Positions 44,156 through 57,856 of a DNA stretch of 64,000 bases are shown here, piece after piece. Under the pieces are notes generated by a model, which was not told the origin of the DNA, did no database searches, and worked only from the letters and a program-made list of their open reading frames with translations. The number at the start of each line of letters is the position of its first letter. Positions within the stretch are counted from its first letter, which is position 1. The stretch lies in assembly GCF_009914755.1 (NCBI RefSeq), contig NC_060926.1; one strand, given 5' to 3'. The translations under genes were made by a program, and so were the position numbers. The DNA comes from the human T2T-CHM13v2.0 reference genome, Homo sapiens.

Positions 44156-44880
44156 TATCAGAAAGGAATAATAGTTGAGCACACATATTAGGTCCCATAG
44201 TGCTCAAAATAAATTTTGGAGGTGAGACTTGATGATTAAATGCTAATGGTTAGTGCATATTCAGTAGGAGTCATAGTTCTTTAAGACAATATCACAGATA
44301 GTCTTCATATTTTATTCTTAATGAGAATCGAGAAAATATTGCTGGCTAAAATGGTAACATGAACAAAGAAAAGAGCAACTGGCTGAAAAAAATCTTACAT
44401 TGCTTTATTCTTTAAAAATATTTCGCATATCCACATAATGTAATTTCTAGAAATCACTGTAATTTAGTTCTTATTTTTCATCTTTTCTATCTAGGATAGG
44501 TGAGATATAAAAAGGTAATTGATGTGTTCAAGTTTAGTTAAGCTAAAAACTGCCTGAACTAGGACTAAACTATACATTTTCTTATTTTTAGTCCAGTGCT
44601 TTTATACCATAATGTTGTATAAATTACCACTCAGATACCACTTTCTGAAGCAAACAGTCACAGTAGATGCTATGCATAGTTTGTATGACAGAAATCAGAT
44701 CTGGTAATAAGAATACTAATTCATAATTTTTCAAAATACATGCTAAATTAGTTTAAAGAAATGGATGGTTGCTTTTTTCCCCAAATTGTCAACAATATTG
44801 TACTTTTACCTCTTTACATTGAACATTTGCTGTAATAAATATTTTGAAATTTTTCAACATATTTAAATTATTATTATTTT

Positions 44881-45016
44881 CTTTTTTTCTTAAAAAAATA
44901 AGAGACGAGGCCTCACTATGTTGCCCACTCTGGTCTGGAACTCCTGGGCTCAAGTGATCCTCCTGTCTCAGTCTCCAAAGTGCTGGGATTTCAGGCATAG
45001 GTCATGATGCCCAGCC
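44881..45016 (-). mobile_element. FLAM_C-like Alu left monomer
   Basis: ctcactatgttgccca...aactcctgggctcaagtgatcctcc...caaagtgctgggat. Confidence 0.88.
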
Positions 45017-45487
45017 TCAAATTATGTAGCTGAAAGCTATATAAGATCTTATCTACATTTTTCTATTAAATAAGCACTTATTCACTAGGATAATGTAAGA
45101 AGGAATATATTTAAAGATGAGAAATAATCATAATTATAGAATATAGGAAAATTAGACTGTTATTATATAGAGTATCCTACACTGTTTAGTTTCTAATTCC
45201 TGTATTTAAGAAAAAAGGAACAGATAACATTATCTAATAAAAAATAAATGTATAAATAGGCAATATTGACACAAATTATAGTGTTATACAATAAATGGTA
45301 GAATTAATCAATTTTCCCTTTTTCATACTTATAGGTATGTACATTTAAGTATTCATATTTCCACTTATAGATCATCCATATATAATACCAGTAATTGAAA
45401 GCAAAATATATTCACTCTTTTCCTCTACTGAAAGGTGTGTAATGTTTTTATATATACCAGTAGCTAGTGAGTAGATAATGAAAATAA

Positions 45488-45604
45488 AAGAGAGGAGGTG
45501 AAAGCAAGAAAGGAAGGAAGGAGGAAGAGAAGAAGGGAGGAAGGGAGGAAGGGAAGAAGGGAGGGAGGAAGGGAAGAAGGGAGGGAGTGAGGAAGGCAGG
45601 AAGG
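45488..45604 (+). repeat. (GGAA/GGGA)n purine-rich simple repeat
   Basis: Directly visible. Confidence 0.93.
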
Positions 45605-45999
45605 TGAATGGGCAAGCATCACATTAACTTTAATTGTGAATTGGACTTATGGCCTTTTAAGTTTGAATTCTTTGATACTAAGTTACTAGTGTTTAGAATG
45701 TGCAAATGCAGAAAGCAGCAGAAATGTAGGGTTATTATTACATAATTGACATTCACAGCCCTATATTACTAAAATCCTTATATAAAGAGAGCCTGTACGT
45801 AACTAGTACATGTACAAAGCAAGAAGTAGTAGCTAATTTTTGTCCACTTTTATTATCAAGCTAATGGAGTACTTTATTGAAGCATTAACTAACATTTTTA
45901 CTGCTGTATATTTATAATGTAATCTTAGAGCTTATAATTTATGTTTATAGAGTACCTTTTTATCATATGGACAGGTCCATTAGTAGATAAACATTTAGA

Positions 46000-46128
46000 G
46001 TTCTATTTTATAGATGAAATGAAGGTTTGGGTAGCTAAATGATTTTCTAAAGGCCGCTCAACTAATAAGCGGTAAACTCCAGACTTAACCATGTCTTATG
46101 AATTTAAAGGCTGTGTACTTTCCACTGC
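46000..46128 (-). mobile_element. MIR fragment
   Basis: atttttatagatgaaat...aaatgattttctaaaggcc...actaataagcgg. Confidence 0.6.
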
Positions 46129-46396
46129 TAAACAATCCCTCTTGTAATGAGTTTTATTATCTAGTGGTCATAATCAAGGCACATGCTCATTAACAGCCAT
46201 ATGAATAGAAGTCAGAGCAACCAGATGACCATTGAATTAGCTCCTTTTCCTTTCATGCTAAAGATAATAACTTGAGCATGCTTAGAAAATTTAAACTTTC
46301 ATCTTATTCTAGATATCAAAACACTACCTACTGGATAAATAGCTCTGTTTCCTCTGTAAAATTTTGCTTCTCATCTCAATTAGAATTCAAATTTCG

Positions 46397-47067
<671 letters not shown>

Positions 47068-47779
47068 CCTAATGAGGAGAAGAAGCACTCACCATTTATT
47101 TATCTCATTGAAAATTTCTATTTTTTGCAGAGAGGAAAAACTCAAAGTGGAACGTTCCCTGAAATGACCCTCAGATTACAATAAGACATGATGTGCCACA
47201 GATGCCTGGCAAAGGTCGCTTAGACCCATTTGTTTTCACAAAGTGTGCCTTCTGATCTTAGGTCTGTACTACTTTATCACAAATTATGCTCCACTCCTGG
47301 TAGAATGAGTTTCTTTCCAGGTGTCCTAAATCCCTAACCCATTCTTGAAAATGGTTACTTTTTCTCCCAGGGCTAAATAAATACTTAACCTGAATGTAAA
47401 ATGCTTTGTCACAAATAAATAAAAAATAACCCTCTTACTGAGGTCCTCAAGTTCTCTTCTGCATGTACCCACTGGGCCATCAATTTCCCAATGATCTAAA
47501 CCACTTTGTAATTCAAATTGTTATATTTTCTCCCTTCCCCAAGCGTTCTCAGGTTATGTAAGTCTCAGAAACTTGTGAATATTTATTAGAGAAATCTTAT
47601 TGGAGTTAACTAGAGTAATTTCTTCTAGGCCATTCCTTGATGCCTGCCACAACTGTGAGAAAAAAATATTTCCAAATTTAAACATTTATTTATCTTTATA
47701 GCCAACACTTCAGAAGAAGCCTTGAAAAATTATTGAGATTATATCAGATATAGACATTGGCATCAGTTTATGGATCTTT

Positions 47780-48190
47780 TTTCTTATTAATTCAATCTTT
47801 TTATTGACTACATACAATATGCTAAGTAAGATATTGAGATATAATGCTGTGAAAAATAAAACATGGCTCATTTATTCATGGATTTTAGGGTCTACTGTGA
47901 TTGACAGTCAACCAATTACACAAATAAAAATAACCAAGCATTATAATTGCTATGAAATAATGGTCTAAGAAAAGATTAGCACATAAAACAGGAGAACTCC
48001 CCAAAGAATTTTCCTTAAGGATGTGATATTGAGTTGAGCTTTGAAGAGTAAGATTAAAAGAATGATAAAAATGCTTTGGGTAGAGAAAACAATGTAGACA
48101 AGGGCCCTCTGACTGAAAAAATATGACACATTCAAAAGAATAAAAAGAGTCTGCATGACTGGCACAGAGAAGGAGAACATGATGTATGCT
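47780..48190 (-). mobile_element. L2 fragment
   Basis: tttattgactac...gtgaaaaataaaaca...gatgtgatattgagttgag...caagggccct...catgactggcacagag. Confidence 0.65.
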
Positions 48191-49773
48191 GTGATAAACT
48201 TTTGACAGCCCTTCTCAATTCGGTTTCTCTGTTGCCTATCATATCTGCTTTTTGTAGCTTTTCTTTTCTATCCTTTTTATTTTCTTTCTTCTTTTTCTAC
48301 TATCCCAGTCCTTTTCGTCTTTTTATTTTCCCTACAAAATGGTGAATGCTTATAACCCATCATCAGATAATAAGTAAATTTACTAGGCTTTCAAGATATG
48401 TGCTAACAAGTAAAAACTATATATAAAATAAAGCAGTTTCACATACTTTCTTTTGTTTTTGTATTAAGTACTGCAACATTTTAACCAACATACATATTTA
48501 GGCTATTACAAACTCTTTTAAAATTATGATTCTGAAAATGTAACAAGAACCTTTTATGTAGTAATTTTTCATAGTCCATAATTAGTACATATGCATTGAG
48601 TATAGACTAAATGGATTAGAAAATTAAAAATAGCTAGATAGTCATGTTTTTACCCCATGCTTCTCACTGAAATCAATTAGGAAGACAGAGAGAGTTAATA
48701 TGTGAATAAGTGTCACATAGAAAATATTTTGATACCAATGATTGGAAAATAACAAAACTCGACATATAAATGCATTACAGATCTCAGGTACAGTGCAGAA
48801 TTGTCTAAAAGAAATCAGCATGTCCCTAATCCATTCAAACAACAAAATCGTTTTGAAAATATAAGTTCTAGATGTTCAGGCTTGCTGCAGAAGAAAGTTG
48901 AGTGATTCTCACAGATTTCTCTTTTTATACTGCATTATAGCTAGGAAGGAAGTATAAAGTGGGATATATGCTTCTTAGCTTTTTGATACCTAGTTGTATA
49001 AACTAGAAATGTGGATGGAAATGTAATGGACAGGAAATAAAAGGTTGAGCAGAAAGCAGCTCTGTAGCCACTAACTCAAGTCTGTCGAGCCTAAAATAAA
49101 GTTCTACTCAAAAAAACTATGAGAGCAATGAAAACTACTTACACACGTAAAAATGGGGCATCAAATACCTAGGGGCAAATAGGGCACCCAGGGAAAAGGA
49201 CCCAATAGATGAAGAGAGAAAGTATCTTATAAAGTATAAACCTAATCAAAACTTTCAGATGATTCACACCATTTTCCCCAGCTTTTCCCAACAACTTGTG
49301 ATATAAAAATAGACAAAATTTTAAAAAGTTGTCAGTGGTATGAGCAACATAGCAGGTTAGATGTTCAATTTCCTATTCAATATATTGATGTGTGCACATA
49401 AAACAACAGTTAACAACAATCACACATTCACACACAAAAGAAATGTTTCTTTCTCAGGAAAAAAACACACTTGCACCTACGACCTGCTTAAAGGAAATCC
49501 TAAAATTCTCTCTGCCAGCAGCTACGATAGAGAACTTTGGAATTATTAAGAAGTGGTAATGACAGTGACAGAATAGAATGGGGAAAGACAATGAGGCACT
49601 GAATAGTAGATGTCTGAAATCAAAAGGAAACATGGGTTTGAGCCTTGTGTGGCATTTGCACAGCATCTAAGCACATATGAAGGTGTAGAAAGAAGGTATA
49701 AAATTAGCCCAGTAACACAAAGGCAACAGATCACAGGAAGTATGAGGACTAAATGTCTTCTAAAAGAGAGAGG

Positions 49774-50456
49774 GGCCAGCTGTGGTGACTCATGCCTATA
49801 ATCCTTACACTTTTTGAGAGGCTGTGGAGGGAGGATTGCTTGAGCCCAGAGTTCAAGACCAGCCTGGGCAACATGGCAAAACCACATGTCTTTAAAAAAA
49901 TGCAAAATTAATTATGTGTGCTGGCATGCACCTGTAGTCTCAGCTACTCAGGAGCCTGAGGTGGGAGGACCACTTGAGCCCTGGGAGGTTAAGGCTTCAG
50001 TGAGCAGTGATTACACCATTGTAGTCCAGCCTGGGTGACAGAGTGTATTAGTCTGTTCTTGCATTGCTATAAAGACATACCTGAGCCTGGATAATTTATA
50101 AAGAAATGAGGTTTAATTGGCTCATAGTTCCACAAGCTGTACAGGAAACATGACTGGAGAGACCTAAGGAAGCTTTCAATCATGGCAGAAGGCAAAGGGG
50201 GAGTGAGCATTTCACATGGCTGAAGCAGGGGGAAGGGAGGGAGTGGGGAGGTGCCACACACCTTTAAACAACGGGATGTCATGAGAACTCTTATCACTAG
50301 CACAGCACCGAAGGGATGGTGCTACACTGTTCATAGAAGATCCACCCCCATGATCAAATCACCTCCTACCAGACCCCACCTCCAACATTGGGGATTACAA
50401 TTAAACATAAGATTTGGGTGGGGACACCCATATCACAGAATGATACTCTGTCTCAA

Positions 50457-50499
<43 letters not shown>
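49774..50499 (+). mobile_element. AluJ interrupted near its 3' end by MSTA; (TAAA)n tail at 50455-50499
   Basis: Alu body runs to gggtgacagag (50043) and resumes tgatactctgtctca after the LTR. Confidence 0.92.
50044..50435 (-). mobile_element. MSTA solo LTR
   Basis: tgtattagtctgttcttgcattgctataaag...gtgccacacacctttaaaca...ccccacctccaacattgggg...catatca; TSD cagag / cagaa. Confidence 0.92.
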
Positions 50500-51867
50500 G
50501 CAAGAGATCTTACAAGGCAGGGGCTAGGAATTTTGGTGACAGCAGTCAGTGGAGGAACTAGAGAGTACTGGAAGCTCCCTGGAACATAATTGGGTTCAGA
50601 CAGTCAAGCTTGGCTGTCTAGATGAACCATATTTAAAGAGAATAGTAGCCTCCACAAAGTTTCTGGGAGAGATTTACTTGCCTTCTCCCCTTATGCAAAA
50701 AGAAGCTGGTACAGGAAAATTGAACTTAGAAGCAGATAATACCAGTGAGTAAACTGTTAAGTGAGAAATAGGCAAAACTGTGTTTCTTAGAAAAATAAAA
50801 CCTTCACAAAAATAAAGATAAATTTTTAAAGAACACAGGATATATAGACCTGGTAAATAGCAATATAGGGAACATAAAGGATAGAAATACTAAATTAGTA
50901 AACTGAAACAAAAATACAGATTAAAAACTACTGGTAAGAAATAAAACACCTCCTTTCATCATGATAACTGCATATATTTGTTTACAATCTTATGGAAATA
51001 AAAACATAAAAAATCAATGTATTTGCTCAATGTTTCCAGAGTCATCTTCAAAAAGACAACCTCTTGTTTTATGTATCAGGATCTAATCATGCAGCTCAGT
51101 GGCCTGCATCTACGCCTTCACTGCTTGAGAGTGAATTTTGCCCATAACTGTAACCAAAGGCCAAATTGGAGCACAAGTCAATCCATCATCTGTTTAAATT
51201 TTTTTCACTCATGATGACATTAATATTACTAGGTAGATAACATCTAACTCCTCTAAGACACCCATACTAATTCCCCTTCCTTCTAATAAAACATTTTTCT
51301 GATTTCTCTAAATTTTTTATTATATTCACATTTTAGGGAGAAAGGCAGAAATAGACTCCAACATAAATTGGAAAACCGTTGCTTGTCTCCCAAAAAGTGT
51401 GCACTAGGCCAGATGTCTGTGAGTCCTGTCTCTCCTTTGTGTTCCTTATCAATTGTATTACACAATTTTAGAGTCTTTGTTGTTAACCAGTCTACTTTCA
51501 ACGCTCTCTAATTTGTTCCAGCACCCACTCCAGTGTTCATGTAATCTGATTAACATCCAGAAACTTACACTGTCTATTTGTAGTTGTAACACCAAGATAG
51601 AATTCACTAAATATGTGGTTTTTAATAATTTCTGGGCTCACAAATGCTTTTGAGAGTGTAACAAAAGTATGAACTAACTCTCCTGAGTAGATTGTATAGG
51701 TTTTTTTCTGGACACCAGATTGAGAGATCTTTCTACAAGCAGACCTCCACATTTGATTGTACCTACTTTGAACACTAGTGTTTTGGCAGCTTCAGATATC
51801 TCTATATATCATTATCTGAAATAGACTTTTATGCAAATTTTATAAGATTGGCAGGATTTTAAAATTG

Positions 51868-53255
51868 ATTTTAATTAGACACATAATAATTGTACATGTT
51901 TACGAGGTACAATGTAATTTTAAAAATCTGAATACAATTTGTAATAAATTAAGGTAATTAGCATATCTATTATTTCAGGCATTTGTCATTTTTTGTGGTA
52001 AGAAGGTTCAAAATCATTTGTTCCAGTTATTTTGAAATATACAGTATAGTATTGTTAACTATGGTCAACCTACTGTGCAATGCAACACTGGAACTTATCC
52101 TATCTAACTAGAACTCTATAATTGTGTATACTTTGACCACCTTTGTACTTCTTCCCTTCATGCCTAACCTTCCCAGCCTCTGGTAACCATTATTTTTCTC
52201 TCTGTTTCTATCCGATCAACTTTTTAAGATTCCATATATGAGCGAGAACACACAATATTTGTCTTTCTGTTCCTGGTTTATTTAACTTGACATAATGTCC
52301 TCCAGGTTCATCCATGTTACTACAAATGGTAGAATTTTATTCTTTTTTGTGGACAAATGATATTCTGTTGTGAAAATACACCATTTTTTTTCTCCATTCA
52401 CCCATCAGTGGATACTTCATTTGATTCCATATCTTGGTTATTGCAAATAATGCTGCAATAAACACAGAAGTGCAGATATCTATCTGACATATTGATTTCA
52501 TTTCCTTTGGATATATACCCAGTAGTGGGATTGCTGAATTGTATTATAGTTCTATTTTTAATTTTTGAGGAACCATCATATTGTTTTCAAAAGTGGCTGT
52601 ACTCACTTGTATTCCGAGAAACAGTGTATAAGAGTTACCCTTTTTCCACATCTCCAACAGTATTTATTACTTTTTGCCTTTTATATAGTAGCCATTCCAA
52701 TTAGGGTGTGATGCTATCTCAATGTGGTTTTGACTTGCATTTCCCTGATTAGTGATGTTGAGCATTTTTTTAATATACGTGTTTGCCATTTGTATGTCTT
52801 CTTTTAAAAAGTGTCTATTCAGACCTTTTGTCAATTTTTAATCAAATTATGTGTGGGGTTTTTTTGCTATTGAGTTGTATAAGTTATTCACATATTTTAG
52901 ATATTAACTCCTTGTCAGATGAATAGTTTGAAAATATTTTCTGCCATTATGTAGATTGTAGTTTCACTCCATTTATTGTTTCCTTTGCTGTGGATAAGCT
53001 TTTTAGTTTGATATAATCTCATTTATCTGTTTTTGCTATGGTTACTTGTGCTTTTGAGGCCTTATCCAACAAAAATCTTTATCCAGACCTACATCATGAT
53101 GCATTACCCCTATATTTTCTTCCAGTACTTTCATAGTTTTGGGTCTTAATTTTAACTCTTGAATACATTTCAAGTTAACTTTTAAGTAGTGAGGGGTAGG
53201 AGTCTAGTCTCATTTTTCTGTATGTGGTTATCAAGTTTTTCCAACACCGCTTATT
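51868..53255 (-). mobile_element. L1MA (about MA4-6) 3' end, 5'-truncated
   Basis: ataattgtacatgttta...aaggtaattagcatatc...ccagcctctggtaaccat 3'UTR, then ORF2 3' DNA. Confidence 0.88.
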
Positions 53256-53751
53256 CCCTTTACTGGTACATAATATTCTTACATATTTATAGGATACATA
53301 CGTTTTATATGAATAGAATGTGTAATGATCAAGTCAGGGTATTTGAGGTTATCCATCACCTTGAGCATTTAGCAATTCTGTGTTGGTAACATTTTAAGTT
53401 CTTCTTGCTACATTGAAGTATACAATGCATTGTTGCTAACTACAGTCAATTCATTTCGCTACTGAACATGAGAGCTTACTTCTAAATTACTGTAAATTTA
53501 TACCCATTCACCAACCTCTCTTCCTCTCTCCCTCCCATCTGCACACCCTTCCTAGTCTATAGTATCTATCATTCTATTCACTGTCTTCATGGGACCAAGT
53601 TTTTTAGCTCCCAAATGTGAGTGAGAACCTGTGGAATTTTTTTGTGCCTGGATTGTTTCACCTAACATAATAACCTCCAATTGGCATCCATTTTGTTGTA
53701 AATGACATGATTTCATTCTTTTTATTGTTGAATAGTATTCTTTTGTGTGTG

Positions 53752-53785
<34 letters not shown>

Positions 53786-54640
53786 AAAACTTCTATATAT
53801 AAAGTTCTATATATAAAAAAATTCTATTTTTACTTTTTTGGGAAATCTCTATGCCGTTTTTCATTTCCATTTCCATTTTTCATAGTGGTTGTATTGACTT
53901 ACATTCCCATCAACAATGTACAAGGGTTCCCCTTTCTCCACATCCTTGTCCACATCTGTTTATTTTTGTATTTTTAATAATAGTTCAGCAAGTTAATACT
54001 AGTTAAATAAGTTAAAGACAATAATAATTTTTGTCTTTTTATTTCTACCTGGAATAAATTGATATCTCATTATGGTTTTGATTTGCATTTCTCTGATGCT
54101 TTGATATTGATCATTTTTTCATATACCGTTAAATATTTGTAATCCTCTTTTGAAAATTATCTATTCATTTTTTTGCCCACTTTTTAATGCAATTGTTTGC
54201 TTCTATACTGTCGAGTTGTTTGAGTTTCTTGTATATTCTGGATGTTAGTCTTTTGTCAGGATGAATAGTTTGCAGATATTTTCTCCTATTCAACAGGTTG
54301 CCTCTTCGCTCTGTTGGTTGTTTCATCTGCTATGTAGAAGCCTTTTAGTTTAATATAGAACTGTTTGTTTACTTTTGTTTTAGTTGTCTGTGCTTTTGAG
54401 GTCTTAACCATAAAATCGTTGCCCAGACCATCAGTTTTATTCTTCCGCATATGGATATCCAATGTTCCCAGCACCACTTGTTGGAGAAATGTGCTTTCCC
54501 CAGTGTATGTTCTTGGTGCCTTGCTGAAAAACAATTAACTATAACTATGTGGATTTATTCCTGGGTACTCTATTCTGTTCCCTCGGTCTGTGTTTCTATT
54601 TTCATACCAATACCATGCTGTTCTGGTTACTATAGCCTTG

Positions 54641-54642
54641 AT

Positions 54643-54713
<71 letters not shown>

Positions 54714-54776
54714 TAGATATAGATATATATGTGTGTGTGTGTGTGTGTGCGCACTTGTGTGTGTGCTTGTGTGTGT
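54641..54776 (+). repeat. Compound STR: (AGAT)17 followed by (AT)n and (GT)n
   Basis: Perfect agat array at 54645-54712, counted directly. Confidence 0.96.
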
Positions 54777-55054
54777 TTGAGACAGGATCTCACTCTATCA
54801 CAGAGGCTAGAGTACAGTGGCACAGTCTCAGCTCACTGTATCCTGGAGCTCCCAGGCTCAAGTGATCCACTTCAGCTTCTCAAGTAGCTGGGACTAAATG
54901 TGCATGCCACCACAAATGGCTAATTATTTTAAATTTTTTTGTAAAGAAGAGTTCCTACCATATTGCTTGATCACAAGCTCCCGGGCTCAAGCAATCCTGC
55001 CACTTCGGCCTCTCAAAGTGATAGGATTACAGGCATGGGCCACCATGCCCAGAC
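54777..55054 (-). mobile_element. AluJ whose tail has become the compound STR
   Basis: gagacaggatctcactct...ggctcaagtgatcc...gggctcaagcaatcc; approximate TSD ccttg...atata. Confidence 0.9.
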
Positions 55055-57396
55055 CCTTGTAATATATATTGAAGTCAAGTAGTGTGATGCCTCCAGCTTT
55101 GTTCACTTTGCTTAGGATTAGATTGACTATTCTGACTCTTTTTTGGTTTCATATGAATTTTATGGTTTTTCTATTTTTGTGAAAAATAACACTGAAACTA
55201 TGTAGAGATTTCATTCTATATATATTTATATTGCTTTCGGTAGTATGGTCATTATAATGATATTAATTCTTCTGATCTATGAGCATGAAATTTTTTTTCA
55301 TTTGTTTGTGTCCTCTCCAATTTCTTTCATCAATGTTTTGTGGTTTTTCTTGTAGTGAGCTTTTACTCCCTTGGTTAAATGATTTCCTAAGTGTTTTTCT
55401 GTAGCTATTGTAAATTGAATTCCTTCTTAATTTCTTTATTGATACATAGAAATGTTATTGATTTTTGTATGTTGATTTCATATTCTGAAATTTTACCAAA
55501 TTTGCTTATCAGCTCTAAGAGATTTTGGTGGGATCCTTTTCTAAATTTCAAATCATGTCATCTACAAAAGGGCACAATTCGACTTTCCTCTTTCCAATTT
55601 GGTTGTCTTTTATTTTTTTTCTTGCATGATTATTCTGGATAGGACTTCCAGTACTATGTTGAACAGGAGTGGTGAAAGTAGGCACCTTGTCTTGTTCCAG
55701 TTCTTAGAAGAAAAGCTTTCAACTTCTCCCCATTCAGTATAATGCTGTTTGGTTTGTCATATATGGCTTTTAATATGTTGACTATGATTAGTTTGTGGAG
55801 AGTATTTATCATGAAGGGACGTTAAATTTTATCTTTTTTCTGCATCTGTTGAGATAATCATATGGTGTTTGACCTTATTTTATTTATGTGATGTATCATG
55901 TTTATTGATTTGCATATGGTAAACCATTCTTGCATCCCTGGGATAAGTGCCACTTTATCATGGTGTACAGTCTTTTTGATGCGCTGCTAAATTCAGATTG
56001 CTAGTATTTCATTGAGAATTTTTGCATCTATGTGTATCAGGGATAGTCACCTGTAGTTTTTGTTGTTGTCATTGTTGCGTGCTTATCTGCTTTTGTTATT
56101 AAGGTTATGCTAGACTTGTAGAATGAGTTAGGAAGTATTTCCTCCTCTTCAATTTTATTGGAATAGTTTGCAGAAGATTTGTAATGGTTCTTTCTTATAT
56201 ATTTTGTAGGATTATGCAGTGAATTCATCAGATCCTACACTTTTCTTTGTTGGGAGACTTTTTTTTACAGATTCAGTCTTGTTACTTATTATTGGTATGT
56301 TTATGTTTCCTATTTCTTTTTCATTCAATCTTGGTAGGTTGTACATTTCCAGAAATTATTGCCTCTGGATTTTCAGTTTGTTAGCATATAGTTTTTCATA
56401 TAGCATATAGCCTCTGATTCATAGCCTCATACCTACATTTAGTCTCTGATAATCTTTTGTAATTCTGTGGTATCAGTTGTAACGTCTTTTTAAAGTCTGA
56501 TTTTGCTTATTTGGGTGCTCTCTCTTCTTTTCTTTGTTAATCTAGGAGGGAATTTATCAGTTTTGCTTATATTTTCAAAGAACCAACTTCTCATTTCCTT
56601 GATGCTTTGTACTGTTTTCTAGTCTATATTTCATTTAGGTCTGTTCTGATCTTTACAGTTTCTTTCCTTTTGATAATTTTAGGTTTTATGTATTCTCACT
56701 CTTCTAGTTCTTTTAGGGACATCATAAAATTGTTTATTTGAAATACTTCTACTTTTTTTGCTGTAGGTATTTGTTGCTATAAACTTCCACTTTAGTATTG
56801 CTTTTGTTGTATTCTACAGGTTTTGATCTGTTGTGGTTTAATCTCATTTGTGTCAAGACTTATTTTTTTCCAAATTTTTATCTTAATTTCTCCATTGACC
56901 CAATGGTCATTCAGGAACACATTGTTTAATTTCTATGTATTTGTAAAGTTTTTGTGAGTTATTATTAGTATTTATTTCCAGTTCATCTTATTGTGGTTTG
57001 AGAAAATACTTAAGATACTTGATATGATTTTGATTTCTAACAATTTGTTGAGACTTGTTTTGTGGCCTAATATATGGTTTATCCTTGAGAATGTTCCATG
57101 TGCTGACAAGAAGAATGTGTATTCTGCAGCTGCTGAATATAATGCTCTATACATTTCTGTTAGGTTCACTTGGTCTAAAGTCCAGTTTAAATCCAATGTT
57201 TCTGTGTTTTGTATCTAGGTGATCTGTCTAGTGCTATGAGTGGGGTATTGAAATCCCCCATTATTATTGTATTGGAATCTCTCTATCTTTAAATTTAATA
57301 ATATTTGCTTTATGAATCTCCATGCTCCATGTTGAGTGCATATACATCATATATATTTAGAATTCTCATATCCTCTTGCTAGATTAATCCCTTTAA

Positions 57397-57856
<460 letters not shown>

